A DNA stretch of 61,165 nucleotides. It comes from Bacteroidales bacterium (lineage in GTDB: Bacteria; Bacteroidota; Bacteroidia; Bacteroidales; Bacteroidaceae). Location of the stretch: assembly GCA_004552155.1 (NCBI GenBank), contig SFPF01000025.1, positions 1 through 61,165 of the forward strand, given 5' to 3'. Under the pieces are notes generated by a model that saw nothing but the letters and a program-made list of their open reading frames with translations, was not told where the DNA came from and did no database searches. Below, piece by piece: positions 9,301-18,672 of the stretch (positions are counted from its first letter, which is position 1; every line of letters begins with the position of its first letter). The translations under genes were made by a program, and so were the position numbers.

Positions 9301-10404
9301 ATGCGAAGCTTCATCATATTCCTTTCAGCCTTCCTTTGCTCCACATTATATATATATGCACAACCGCAAGTGGAGTTCGCTCCCGGCACGCGGCAGGAAC
9401 TCGGCACGCTGCTCTGGCACACGCCGCGCGAGGCTGTGTTCACGCTGACCAACAAAAGCACACGCCCGCTCGTCATCACCGACGTTCACCCCGACTGCGG
9501 CTGCACGGACGCGCGGTGGACCACTTCAACCATCAACCCCGGTGCAACGGGCACCATTACCCTGCGCTATGACGCGGAACTCTTGGGACATTTCAACAAG
9601 AACGTGGCCATCACGGCGCGCTTCGCCGAGGCTGGCGAGGAGCACGCCGCCGACGATGTGGAGCGGACGTATTACGTGACCATTGGCGGCGAGGTATCGA
9701 TGACCAAAGGCGCAGACGTTTCGGCAGACTATCCTTACCAGATAGGAGATATTTATCTAAACACCGACGATGTGGAGTTCGACGACGTGCATCGCGGAGA
9801 GTTGCCCGAGAAGACGCTTTACGTGTATAACAACAGCAAAAAATCGTACGCCCCCTCCCTGATGCACCTGCCGCGCTACCTCATCGCAGAAGCATCGCCG
9901 CAAGTGATACGCCCCGGGCGCACGGGACGCGTGGTGCTGAAACTCAACAGCGACATGCTGCCCGCCATGGGACTGACGCAAACCAGCATCTACCTCTCAC
10001 TATTTCCCGGCGACCGCGTGAAGCGCGAGAACGAGATTAACGTAAGCGCCACGCTACTACCCGAGTTTATTGACACGCCCTCTTCCGAGAAACTTGCGCC
10101 CATCTGCCGCTTAGACTCTACGCACATCACGCTGCCGCCGCTTGGCAAGAAGAAACGCGTGACGGGGCAACTCACCCTGCGCAACGATGGCAATACGCCG
10201 CTCGTTATCAGTGCATTGCAAGTATATAATCCGGGATTGGGCGTGAGCATCGGCAAGCAGAAAATCATGCCGGGCGAGAGCGAGAAAATCAAAATCACGG
10301 TAAACGCTAACAGCCACTATTTCAAGGGCCGCCGCCGCGTGCTGCTCATCACGAACGACCCCGCGCAACCCAAAACAGTGATTGACGTGATTGTCGGGAA
10401 ATGA
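9301..10404 (+). CDS. DUF1573 domain-containing secreted protein (tandem Ig-like domains)
   Basis: Signal peptide; FTLTNKSTRPLVITDVHPDCGCT; repeated N.G..PL.I motifs; ITNDP C-terminus. Confidence 0.8.
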   Translation: MRSFIIFLSAFLCSTLYIYAQPQVEFAPGTRQELGTLLWHTPREAVFTLTNKSTRPLVITDVHPDCGCTDARWTTSTINPGATGTITLRYDAELLGHFNKNVAITARFAEAGEEHAADDVERTYYVTIGGEVSMTKGADVSADYPYQIGDIYLNTDDVEFDDVHRGELPEKTLYVYNNSKKSYAPSLMHLPRYLIAEASPQVIRPGRTGRVVLKLNSDMLPAMGLTQTSIYLSLFPGDRVKRENEINVSATLLPEFIDTPSSEKLAPICRLDSTHITLPPLGKKKRVTGQLTLRNDGNTPLVISALQVYNPGLGVSIGKQKIMPGESEKIKITVNANSHYFKGRRRVLLITNDPAQPKTVIDVIVGK

Positions 10405-10493
10405 AATTTCTGCGCTTATATTTGGCAAGAAGAGAAAAAAGAAGTAATTTTTTATGCAAAACGCCCGCCACAGGAGATTTTTGTAATTACTAT

Positions 10494-10566
10494 CGGAAAG
10501 TAGCGCAGTTGGTAGCGCACTACGTTCGGGACGTAGGGGTCGGGCGTTCGAGTCGCCTCTTTCCGA
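10494..10566 (+). tRNA. tRNA-Pro (CGG)
   Basis: Acceptor stem CGGAAAG/CTTTCCG, anticodon arm CTACG-TTCGGGA-CGTAG, T-loop GTTCGAGT. Confidence 0.93.
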
Positions 10567-10567
10567 C

Positions 10568-10610
10568 AAGCCGGTCGATAGACAAATTTGTTTATCGACC
10601 GGCTTTTTTT
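10568..10610. terminator. Terminator after tRNA-Pro
   Basis: AAGCCGGTCGATAGAC-AAATTT-GTTTATCGACCGGCTT followed by a T-tract. Confidence 0.75.
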
Positions 10611-10626
10611 ATATCACATAAACATT

Positions 10627-11696
10627 TTACTTGCACTCCCGCCACCACGCCGTGCCGTCTGCCGTGCTGCACAGCATATAAGGCACGACAATCACAGGCA
10701 CGGGGCGGGCCGAAGCATCGGCAGGCACATCCGTCGCGTCGTAAAGGTTAAAACTCAAATACGGCACGCCATAATCATTAAATTTACCGACAATATCCTT
10801 CGCCACGCTTTCAGAGAAATACGCCGTTTCGTATTTCTCGGGACAGACATATACCAAAGGCCCCACCTGCAAAGCCACCTCACCGCGCTGCACCTTGCCC
10901 TCGACATCGAGGCGGCGCAACAGCTGCACATCAAACGGGAAATCCACAAACACCTCGTCGCCGCTGCGCCATTCGCGCTCAATCACCAAATAGCCGCGCT
11001 CAATCGTCGGTTGCTCCCACTCGTGCCCGTTTACGTAGACCGTAGGAGCGGTGCGCTCTTTCCCGGCATAGCAGAAATTTTGCCCGTCGCCCGGCTGGCG
11101 CGTTGCCCACAAAGGCATGCGCAGGCGGAACTTAAACGGCAAATGCTTCTTGCTCAACCCGAGGAAACGGAATTTCACCCGTTCGCCGTAGGGCATCTCT
11201 GTGTTTTGGTCCACAATCATACTAAACTGCTCGGTGGCGATGCGCGTTGTGCTATTCAGAAAAAAGTTGGCGTAGATGCCCTCCTTGTCAGTGCAGTACA
11301 TCATGCCCGGCGCAGAGAGCAAAGCCTCACTGGCCATGAGCCTATCCTTCGTTCCGCGCGGTTGAATGGTGTCGGCCATGGTGTGCAGCAGGGCGTTGAA
11401 TACGAGGCGTTCCATATCGTCGGCACGGCGTGCGTCGCCGGTCATGAGCAGCAACGAGGCATTCTGGTAAAGTGCCACGGCAGCTGCCGCTCCCTGCGGA
11501 ATGGCAAAGGAATCGCCCGCACCACCCACAATGCTGAATTGCTTGGCAACCGTCTCCTTATAATTATTGACTGCCAACTCAAAACGCTGTCGGGCGACAC
11601 AAACTGCAGCGGCGCTTTCAGCCGCGTCTGCGCCAAAGAAAACGTTGCAAAACTGGCGAAGAGCAAAAGCAAAAAGAAGGAAAAGCGACGTTTCAT
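10627..11696 (-). CDS. GH127 (beta-L-arabinofuranosidase)-like protein, frameshifted or internally deleted near 11570
   Basis: Signal peptide in ORF 11442..11696; LLMTGDARRADDMERLVFNAL, LRMPLWA, GYLVIEREWRSGD and VALQVGPLVY resemble the GH127 C-terminal half. Confidence 0.6.
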
Positions 11697-12062
11697 ACTG
11701 GTAGTTAGTTGTTTCTTGCTGCAAAATTATAGAAATATGCGGACTGCGCAGCATTTGCAGACATTATATTATATAGAAAGCAATAAAATCAAGTTTCACC
11801 CCTTGTGAAGGATTTGTGAAAGGTTTGTGAAGGGTTTGGCGTGCAAATCCTTCAGCCGTTCCGTTTTGAAAACCAACAAGATAAGCCTCAGAATGAATAG
11901 ATGAATAGTTTTTCGGGAAAAAAAATTGCGTATAGGGAAGCATGAAAAGGGGCAGCGTGGCAATCTTAGATTTTAAGATTTATAAAAAATAAATTGCCGC
12001 AAACTTGAACTTGAAGGCGCCAAGGATGAGACCAAGGAACATGTGAAAGAAGTCGAAGCGCA

Positions 12063-12842
12063 CTAAAGACCCTCGCACACATTTTTTCGAATGCGACGGA
12101 TAAAGGCGTTGAGACCTTCCTCGTCCTTCTGCTCAATAAGGTGGGCGAGCGTTTCCATTTCGCTGCCAATCTTTCGCACCTGCCCTACGGTGTAAGGATT
12201 AAAAAGGATTTCGCGCAGGAGGCAGTCATCCTCGCCGAGCACGCCGCGGGCGATGCGCAGGTGCCGCTTGAAGGTTGTGCCGGGCGCGTCCTGATGCTTC
12301 ATCACTGCCGAGAAGACGAACGTGGAAACAAAGGGAATGCTCAGGGAATAGGCCACCGTTTCGTCGTGCTCCTCAAAGGTGTATTCACACACGTTCAGCC
12401 CGAGGCGGTTCTTATAGAGGTCGCGGAAGAAGATGCGTCCCATATAGTCGCCCTCGGTGATAATCACGGCGTTCTCATCGTGGAGCGCGCCGAGGTTGGC
12501 AAAGGTAGGACCAAACATCGGGTGGGCGTAGCGGCGGCCGCTGGCCTCGTAAAAGTCTTTCAGCCCCGTCTTGACGGACGCAATGTCACTCAAGATGCAG
12601 TCCTGCGGCAGGAGCGGCAGCACACGGCGGAAAGCGTCTAAGGTGTGCTTGAGCGACACGGCGTTGATCACGAGTTCGGGGCGAAACTCCTTAATTTCTT
12701 CCTCGGCGGTAAACCGCTGCGTGTTGTACATGAAGCGCAACCGCTTGGGGTCGGTGTCGAACACCGCCGTCTCGTGGTCGAAACTAAGGATATCTGTAAA
12801 GAAAGAGCCCATCTTGCCGGCTCCGAGTATAAGTATGCGCAT
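12063..12842 (-). CDS. tyrA: Prephenate dehydrogenase
   Basis: ILILGAGKMG Rossmann motif, SDIASVK, HPMFGP, EEHDETVAYSLS. Confidence 0.88.
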   Translation of the reverse strand: MRILILGAGKMGSFFTDILSFDHETAVFDTDPKRLRFMYNTQRFTAEEEIKEFRPELVINAVSLKHTLDAFRRVLPLLPQDCILSDIASVKTGLKDFYEASGRRYAHPMFGPTFANLGALHDENAVIITEGDYMGRIFFRDLYKNRLGLNVCEYTFEEHDETVAYSLSIPFVSTFVFSAVMKHQDAPGTTFKRHLRIARGVLGEDDCLLREILFNPYTVGQVRKIGSEMETLAHLIEQKDEEGLNAFIRRIRKNVCEGL

Positions 12843-12854
12843 GGAGTTATTGAT

Positions 12855-13804
12855 TTATTTCTTATTCATCAATTCAATTTGCTGGCGCACGCTTTCTTCG
12901 TGAATATCCTCAAACACGCTTTTCACAAATTCGGGCGCCATGCCGCAGAGCACGCCTTGTGCGCCGCGCTTGTCAAGGATTTCGTTGTAGCGACGCGTTT
13001 GCACGACGGTCATGTTGTGCTCCAATTTATACTGTCGTTCCATAAGGTTGTTGTCGATTTCATCGATGTGGCGACGCAGGGTTTCAAGGCTTTCCGTCGT
13101 GGGGGCAAGCTCGCGAACCACGAGTTTTGAGAGGATAAAGTCGAGTACGTCGGGCGTGACCTGCTGCTTCGCGTCGCTCCAAGCGCAGTCGGGCGTGCAA
13201 TGGCTTTCCACCATAAGGCCGTCGAAACCGAGGTCCATGGCCTGCTGGCAAAGCGGGGCGATCAGTTCACGCACGCCGCCGATATGGCTCGGGTCGCAGA
13301 AGATAGGCAGATTGGGGATGCGGCGGCGCAATTCTATGGGGCGCCGTTGAGGCGTTCTATGCCGCCAATCCAAAGTTCAAGGTCGGGATTGACGGGGTTC
13401 TTCACAAGCACAGGCACATCTATGCCTTTCAAGGCATCTGCAAGAGCCTGCATCGCGAAGGGATTGGCCACGGTGCGCGCACCTACCCAAAGGATATCCA
13501 CTTCTGCCGCGAGCGCAGCCTCGACATGCTGCGGCGTAGCCACTTCGGTTGCCACGAGCATGCCGGTTTCTTTCTTCACCCGCGTGAGCCACGGCAGCCC
13601 CGGTTCGCCCACGCCCTCAAAACCGCCGGGCTTGGTACGGGGTTTCCAAATGCCTGCGCGAAAAATGCGCACGCCCTTGCCTGCCAGTTGGCACGCTGTA
13701 TTCATTACCTGTTCTTCCGTTTCGGCCGAGCAAGGGCCGGCTATAATTAGCGGACGCTGCATCTCTATGCCGGGCAGCGATAAAGGAGTAATATTGAGTT
13801 CCAT
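12855..13804 (-). CDS. Bifunctional DAHP synthase / chorismate mutase type II (deletion-frameshift near 13340, in-frame deletion near 13036)
   Basis: IIAGPCSAE, RAGIWKPRT, VGART, VLVKNP; CDPSHIGG, GLMVESH, SDAKQQ; C-terminal LETLRRHIDEID...IHEESVRQQ. Confidence 0.88.
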
Positions 13805-13816
13805 ATTATTTGTGAT

Positions 13817-13856
13817 TTAGTAGACGAGTAGAGAAGTAAACAAGTAGACGAGTAGA
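13817..13856. repeat. Octamer repeat element, copy 2 (single arm)
   Basis: TTAGTAGACGAGTAGAGAAGTAAACAAGTAGACGAGTAGA between two co-oriented operon genes. Confidence 0.75.
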
Positions 13857-13863
13857 AATGATA

Positions 13864-15043
13864 TTATTTGCAAATAGCGTTAATCCGTTGCAAGGCTTCC
13901 TGGAGTTTTTCTTCGGAGGCGCAAAGCGAGATGCGCACGTAGCGGTCGCCATTGCTGCCAAAGATGAAACCGGGCGTGAGAAACACGTGCGCCTCATGCA
14001 ACACGCGCTCCGTAAGCTGCTCGGCATTGTCCATGCCTTCGGGGATACGTCCCCATAGGAACATGCCCACCTGCGCGGGGTCGAAGGTGCAGCCGAGTGC
14101 AGCCATGATGGCTTCTGCCAAGCGGCGGCGTCGCGCGTATATATATATATTGTGTTCCTCGTGCCAGGCATCGGCATTGTCGTAGGCCGTGGCTGCTGCG
14201 AGCTGCAAAGCGCGGAAGGTGCCCGAGTCTATATTACTCTTCACTTTAAGCACCCAACTTACAAACTCGGCGTTCGAGGCAAGCATGCCCACGCGCCAGC
14301 CCGGCATGTTGTGGCTCTTGCTCATGGAGTTGAGTTCTATGCAGCAGTCCTTTGCACCCGGCACTTGCAAAATGCTGAGCCTTTCGCTGGAGAGGATAAA
14401 GCTGTAAGGATTGTCGTTGATAACGACAAAGCCTTTGCGCCGCGCCAGTTCCACCGCCCGCTCGTACGTAGTGCGCTGCGCCGCCGCGCCGGTGGGCATG
14501 TGCGGGTAATTCATCCACAGGATACGCACGCGGCTGTCGTCGGTGAGGCGTTCGAGTTCTTCAAAGTCGGGCTGCCAGCCGTTTTCGGGGCGCAAGCCGT
14601 AGGGCACCACCTCGCAACCGAGCAGTTTGGAGAGCGAGGTGTAAGTGGGGTAGCCGGGATTTGGCACGAGCACCTTGTCGCCCACATTGGCCAGCGCGAG
14701 CGTGGCGTGGAGGATGCCTTCTTTCGAACCGATGAGCGGCTGGATTTCGCGGTCGGGGTCGAGCGTCACGCCGAACCAGCGGCTGTAGAATCCTGCCATG
14801 GCCGTGCGCAGTTCTTTCGTGCCCATCGTGGGCTGGTAGCCGTGCCCGTCAGGGCGTTTCGCCTCGCGACAGAGCGTTTCGACCGTTTCAGTCGAAGGGC
14901 AGGTCGGGGCTGCCTATGGCGAGCGAGATAATGTCTGCGCCCTGCGCCCTCATCTGCGCCACCTCCTTGAGTTTTCTTGAAAAATAGTATTCGCTCACGC
15001 CGCTCAGGCGGTCGGCGGGCTGGGGTTTGCGTAATGCGTCCAT
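13864..15043 (-). CDS. PLP-dependent class I/II aminotransferase (frameshift near 14898)
   Basis: N-terminus MDALRKPQPADRLSGVSEYYFSRKL...IISLAIGSPDLP read directly; NYPHMPTG, DNPY and SMSKSHNMPGWRVG motifs. Confidence 0.88.
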
Positions 15044-15045
15044 AA

Positions 15046-15876
15046 TTATTTGCCTTTATATTCTCCCAAAATCTTCAACGCGCGGGTCAGCGGGCGCAGC
15101 GCGTCGACGCTCTGCCGGAAGCGTAGGCTGTCGCTGTACACCACGTCCACATAAAACAGGTATTCCCACTCATGGCCTATGATGGGCAAAGATTGGATTT
15201 TGGTGAGGTTGATCTTGTAGAAACTGAAAATGCTGAGCACCTGCGAGAGCGAGCCTTCCTCGTGGGGCAGGGCAAAGACGATGCTGCTCTTGTCGGCCTC
15301 TTCCTGCTGCCTCACGGCTTCGGCCTGCCAGGGATCTGCCAGCACGAGGAAGCGCGTGAAGTTGTGCTTGTTGTCCTCAATGCCCCGCGCCAGGACTTTC
15401 AGGCCGTAGATGCCGGCCGCATCGGCGTGGCACACGGCGGCGTGCCCGCGCAGCTGCTCTCGGGCTATCTGTTCCGCCGCTCCGGCCGTGTCGTCGGTTT
15501 CCACGAGTTTCACCCCGCGCTTTTCCGAGAGGAAGCGGCGGCACTGCGCAAGGGCCACGGGGTGGGAGTTTATTTCGCGTATGTCGTCGGCCGTGTCTTC
15601 GGGCAGACACATCAGGCTATGCTCTACGTGCAACTTGTGTTCGCCCACAATGCTCATGCCGCTCTCGCGCAGAAGTTCGTAGTTGTGGAGCAGGCTGCCG
15701 GCGATGGTGTTTTCAATCGCCACCATACCGAGGCAGGCGCTGTCGATGCGCATCTGCCGGAACACGTCCTCGAACGTGTCGCAGCACACGAGCCTGAGCT
15801 CCTCTCCTTTGAAATACTGATGGGCGGCAATGTCGTGGAACGAACCGCGAATGCCCTGGATGGCTATCTTTTTCAT
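15046..15876 (-). CDS. pheA: Prephenate dehydratase
   Basis: KIAIQGIRGSFH, AIENTIAGS, SHPVALAQC, NFTRFL and ACT-domain INLTKIQSLP motifs. Confidence 0.92.
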   Translation of the reverse strand: MKKIAIQGIRGSFHDIAAHQYFKGEELRLVCCDTFEDVFRQMRIDSACLGMVAIENTIAGSLLHNYELLRESGMSIVGEHKLHVEHSLMCLPEDTADDIREINSHPVALAQCRRFLSEKRGVKLVETDDTAGAAEQIAREQLRGHAAVCHADAAGIYGLKVLARGIEDNKHNFTRFLVLADPWQAEAVRQQEEADKSSIVFALPHEEGSLSQVLSIFSFYKINLTKIQSLPIIGHEWEYLFYVDVVYSDSLRFRQSVDALRPLTRALKILGEYKGK

Positions 15877-15893
15877 GCTGTGCTTTTTCAAAC

Positions 15894-15926
15894 AAAAAGT
15901 CCCGCTTCTTCGTTGGAAGCGGGACT
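15894..15926 (-). terminator. Attenuator terminator upstream of pheA
   Basis: Minus strand AGTCCCGCTTC-CAACGAA-GAAGCGGGACT-TTTT, about 17 nt before the pheA ATG. Confidence 0.85.
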
Positions 15927-15978
15927 GAATTGTTGTATGGTCAAATGTTATGTTTGGCACGCGCTTTCCCGCTTCGCT

Positions 15979-16029
15979 TTACTGAGCAAAGTAAAAGTAA
16001 AAGCCGAAAAACTGTGCGTTGTGTGCCAT
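15979..16029 (-). CDS. Phe/Tyr-rich attenuator leader peptide MAHNAQFFGFYFYFAQ
   Basis: 16-codon uORF with 5 Phe and 2 Tyr, followed by an antiterminator-compatible GAAGCGGGA and a terminator, ahead of the Phe/Tyr operon. Confidence 0.85.
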   Translation of the reverse strand: MAHNAQFFGFYFYFAQ

Positions 16030-16136
16030 AAATAAGCCTATGCTATTGGTGCGATAATTGCTTTTCGCTTGCAAATGTAGTACATTCCATGCAAAATGCA
16101 AACGATTTGCTATAAAAGTTTTGTTTTAAGCAACAT

Positions 16137-16241
16137 TTTTAGTAAACAAGTAAACAAGACAGAGATGTCTTGCTAATTATATTTTACATGAGTAACTTGT
16201 CTCGTCTACTCGTTTACTTGTAAACTCGTCTACTAATAAAC
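16137..16241. repeat. Octamer-armed inverted-repeat element, copy 3
   Basis: TTAGTAAACAAGTAAACAAGACAGAGATGTCTTG...GAGTAACTTGTCTCGTCTACTCGTTTACTTGTAAACTCGTCTACTAA. Confidence 0.85.
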
Positions 16242-16254
16242 GCAAAAAACGTCC

Positions 16255-16746
16255 TTACATTATCTTATTGCTCTCGATATCCCTGATCACGGCCTCGGCT
16301 GCTCGGTCCACTAACTTCGAGGTCATTTGAGAAAGATGGTTTGTGGCGTGCCACCAATCTCCTTGCATAGCCATGTGGAGGCATTTCTCGGGGCGAAAGC
16401 CATAGCGTAGCCTTATTCTCGAAGCAATCCTATTGGCCAGTTCCATCTTTCGCTCCATTCTAAGTTGGGAATTCTTGTGCGCCTGCTCGGGATTGTTGAT
16501 TTCGGCCGGGTCTATCTGCATCGCTTTCTGGAGCGCGAGGAAATGCTCCACGCTCTCCACCGTTCCCGTATAGGTGCCGCAGCAGGCCGTTATTTTGAGG
16601 TGGCCTGTTTGAGGCATATACTCAATACTGTCCTGCCACGTCCAATAAGGATATATTCCATACCGCCCGCGCCCTCTGCCGTGGAACACAAATCCTTGCC
16701 GCTCGCAAAAAGTCTCGATGCTTTGGTTCGTTTCTTCGTTGTGCAT
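16255..16746 (-). CDS. Hypothetical protein
   Basis: 163-aa ATG ORF with an AT-rich leader; no family recognised. Confidence 0.6.
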   Translation of the reverse strand: MHNEETNQSIETFCERQGFVFHGRGRGRYGIYPYWTWQDSIEYMPQTGHLKITACCGTYTGTVESVEHFLALQKAMQIDPAEINNPEQAHKNSQLRMERKMELANRIASRIRLRYGFRPEKCLHMAMQGDWWHATNHLSQMTSKLVDRAAEAVIRDIESNKIM

Positions 16747-16836
16747 GTTTTTAGTGTTTAGAGGTTACATATATAATATTGTAACGTCGCCCCCAAAATT
16801 CAATTTTTACAATGATTTTTTTTCGAAATCCGGGCT

Positions 16837-16996
16837 TCAATCTTCAACCACCGTGAGGGCTTTCCACCACTCAGCATTACGGTAAGCCTCGGCCGAGCCT
16901 TTGGGGACATGCAACCTAACGTCTGGCAAAGGCGACATTCAGCGACGCATCTTCATCGCAAAACTCAAAGTTAGATGTTGAGGTTGTATCTTTCAT
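16837..16996 (-). pseudogene. Remnant of a BspA-like leucine-rich-repeat protein (N-terminus fused to C-terminal cap)
   Basis: ATG at 16996 gives MKDTTSTSNFEF; a second frame gives PDVRLHVPKGSAEAYRNAEWWKALTVVED*, resembling the LRR_5/BspA cap motif. Confidence 0.55.
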
Positions 16997-16999
16997 GGT

Positions 17000-18028
17000 T
17001 TATCTTGTGCAATAATACTCCGCGCTGTCTTCGCAGAGCAGGTGCTTGATTTCCTCCTCGGTCGGGAGATATGTCATGTATTTGGCAGCAAAAATCTGCT
17101 GCTCTCCTTCCGGCAGCGTGTATTTCACCACGGCATCGTTCTTTTCAGCGCAGAGCACAATACCGACAGGCGGATTGTCGCCGGGGTTCATCAGTTCGCG
17201 CGTATAATAATTGACATACATCTGCATCTGCCCCAAATCCTGATGCGTGAGTTCGTCCATTTTGAGGTCAATCAACACGTAGCAACGCGCCGGAATGTTG
17301 TAAAACACGAGGTCGATATAGAAATGCTTGTCTCCCAAGGTGATTCGTTTCTGCCGCGCCACGAACGAATAGCCGCGCCCCAGTTCCAGCAGAAAATGCT
17401 GCAACTTACTGATCAGCATCTGCTCAAGGTCGCCTTCAAGAAAATGTTCGCCCTGCTTAATTCCAAGAAACTCAAGGACAAAAGGGTCGTGGATAATTTC
17501 GCGGGGCTGTAAGGCCTTTGGGGCAGACTGCTCTATCTCTGCCTTTACCGCATCTTTGTCGCGGCTTGCCAGCATACGCTCATAATACATCGTATTGATT
17601 TGGCGTTCCAGTTGGCGCGTGCTCCAGTTTGCAGCGACGCACTCCTGCAAATAATAGTTGCGGGCGATTTCATTCTGCACGGTCAGCAATGCTCTCCAAT
17701 GCGTCCAACTCAATTGGTCACGCAGTGCGTGACCTTTTGGATAGAAGAGGTAGAATTGCCTCATAATCTTTAAGTTGGTGACCGTGAACCCGCTTCCGTA
17801 TTCCTTCATGAGGCGTTCGGAAAGGTTTTTAATCACCCCTTTCCCATATTTTGCCCTCTCTTTTCCTTGTTGTTCGTATTCCACAATATACTTCCCCACC
17901 TGCCAATATGCTTTGACCATAGTGGTATTGACAGTGCGGGCCACATGGCGTCGCGCATCGTCGAGCACTTGCTTTATCTGCGAGAAGAGCAGTCCGTCTT
18001 CCGTTGCAGGAGTTTGCTGTTGGTTCAT
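17000..18028 (-). CDS. YhcG/DUF1016 family PD-(D/E)xK nuclease domain protein
   Basis: AYWQVGKYIVE, NLKIMRQFY, LSWTHW, WSTRQLERQI, DPFVLEFLG, FLLELGRGYSFVARQKRI, IDLVFY, GQMQMYVNYY. Confidence 0.92.
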   Translation of the reverse strand: MNQQQTPATEDGLLFSQIKQVLDDARRHVARTVNTTMVKAYWQVGKYIVEYEQQGKERAKYGKGVIKNLSERLMKEYGSGFTVTNLKIMRQFYLFYPKGHALRDQLSWTHWRALLTVQNEIARNYYLQECVAANWSTRQLERQINTMYYERMLASRDKDAVKAEIEQSAPKALQPREIIHDPFVLEFLGIKQGEHFLEGDLEQMLISKLQHFLLELGRGYSFVARQKRITLGDKHFYIDLVFYNIPARCYVLIDLKMDELTHQDLGQMQMYVNYYTRELMNPGDNPPVGIVLCAEKNDAVVKYTLPEGEQQIFAAKYMTYLPTEEEIKHLLCEDSAEYYCTR

Positions 18029-18209
18029 ATCTTCATTATTGGGGCAAATCTGCTCGGAAAGCAAAATTAAGCAATGTTTTTATTCTCGTTGCATTTTATA
18101 GTAAGAAAAAGCGGGATTATGCACTAAAATCGGGATCTCCGAGGTTTTAGCGCGAATTGTCTCGCCATGCCGCCGCCGCTTGCACGCAGAAGCGCGCAAC
18201 GAGCCGCCT

Positions 18210-18441
18210 CAGACTTTTCACTATCTCGGAGCTATTTTTTCCTAAGCCCTTTATATTTTTCACCATCACGCAAGGAAAAGTTTGTTACAAAGTTTGTAAT
18301 ACATGTTACAAAGTTTCTAACACATATTACAAAGTTTGTAACGCGTGTTACAAACTTTGTAACAAAAACTTTCTTATAGGAGCGGAAAATTTATCAAGGA
18401 GATAGTGAAAAACATCTCCGAGAAAATAAAAAATTGCTGCC
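18210..18441. repeat. 21-bp-period symmetric element, copy B
   Basis: Cores at 18283, 18304, 18325 and 18346 with inverted 21-mer flanks. Confidence 0.9.
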
Positions 18442-18585
18442 GCGAAGCGCCTGCGCCCTGCCGGGGAAACCGCGCCGCGCCGCCCACTCCGCGCGGCCGC
18501 TGCAAGCGTTTTGCGGCCTATCATATAGGATAATGGGAGTTTATTGCCTTGCAAAAGTGATAGTTCAAGAGAAATTGCTATTTTT

Positions 18586-18650
18586 GCATAAGATTGGCTA
18601 CGCTCGGCAATTCAAATAAATTTGATTGCGCTCGCTTGCACAATCTTTGC
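18586..18650. repeat. ~64 bp covarying hairpin element, copy 2 (upstream of xth)
   Basis: AAGATTG-GCTACGCTCGGCAA-TTCAAAT-AA-ATTTGA-TTGCGCTCGCTTGCA-CAATCTT. Confidence 0.75.
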
Positions 18651-18672
18651 AAAAGATATAAACTCACCTCTT

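Noticed and set aside
11991..12066. Plus-strand frame ending KLELEGAKDETKEHVKEVEAH*
   Set aside because: It looks like an orphan 3' gene end with no start, probably another deletion junction; too short to assign.
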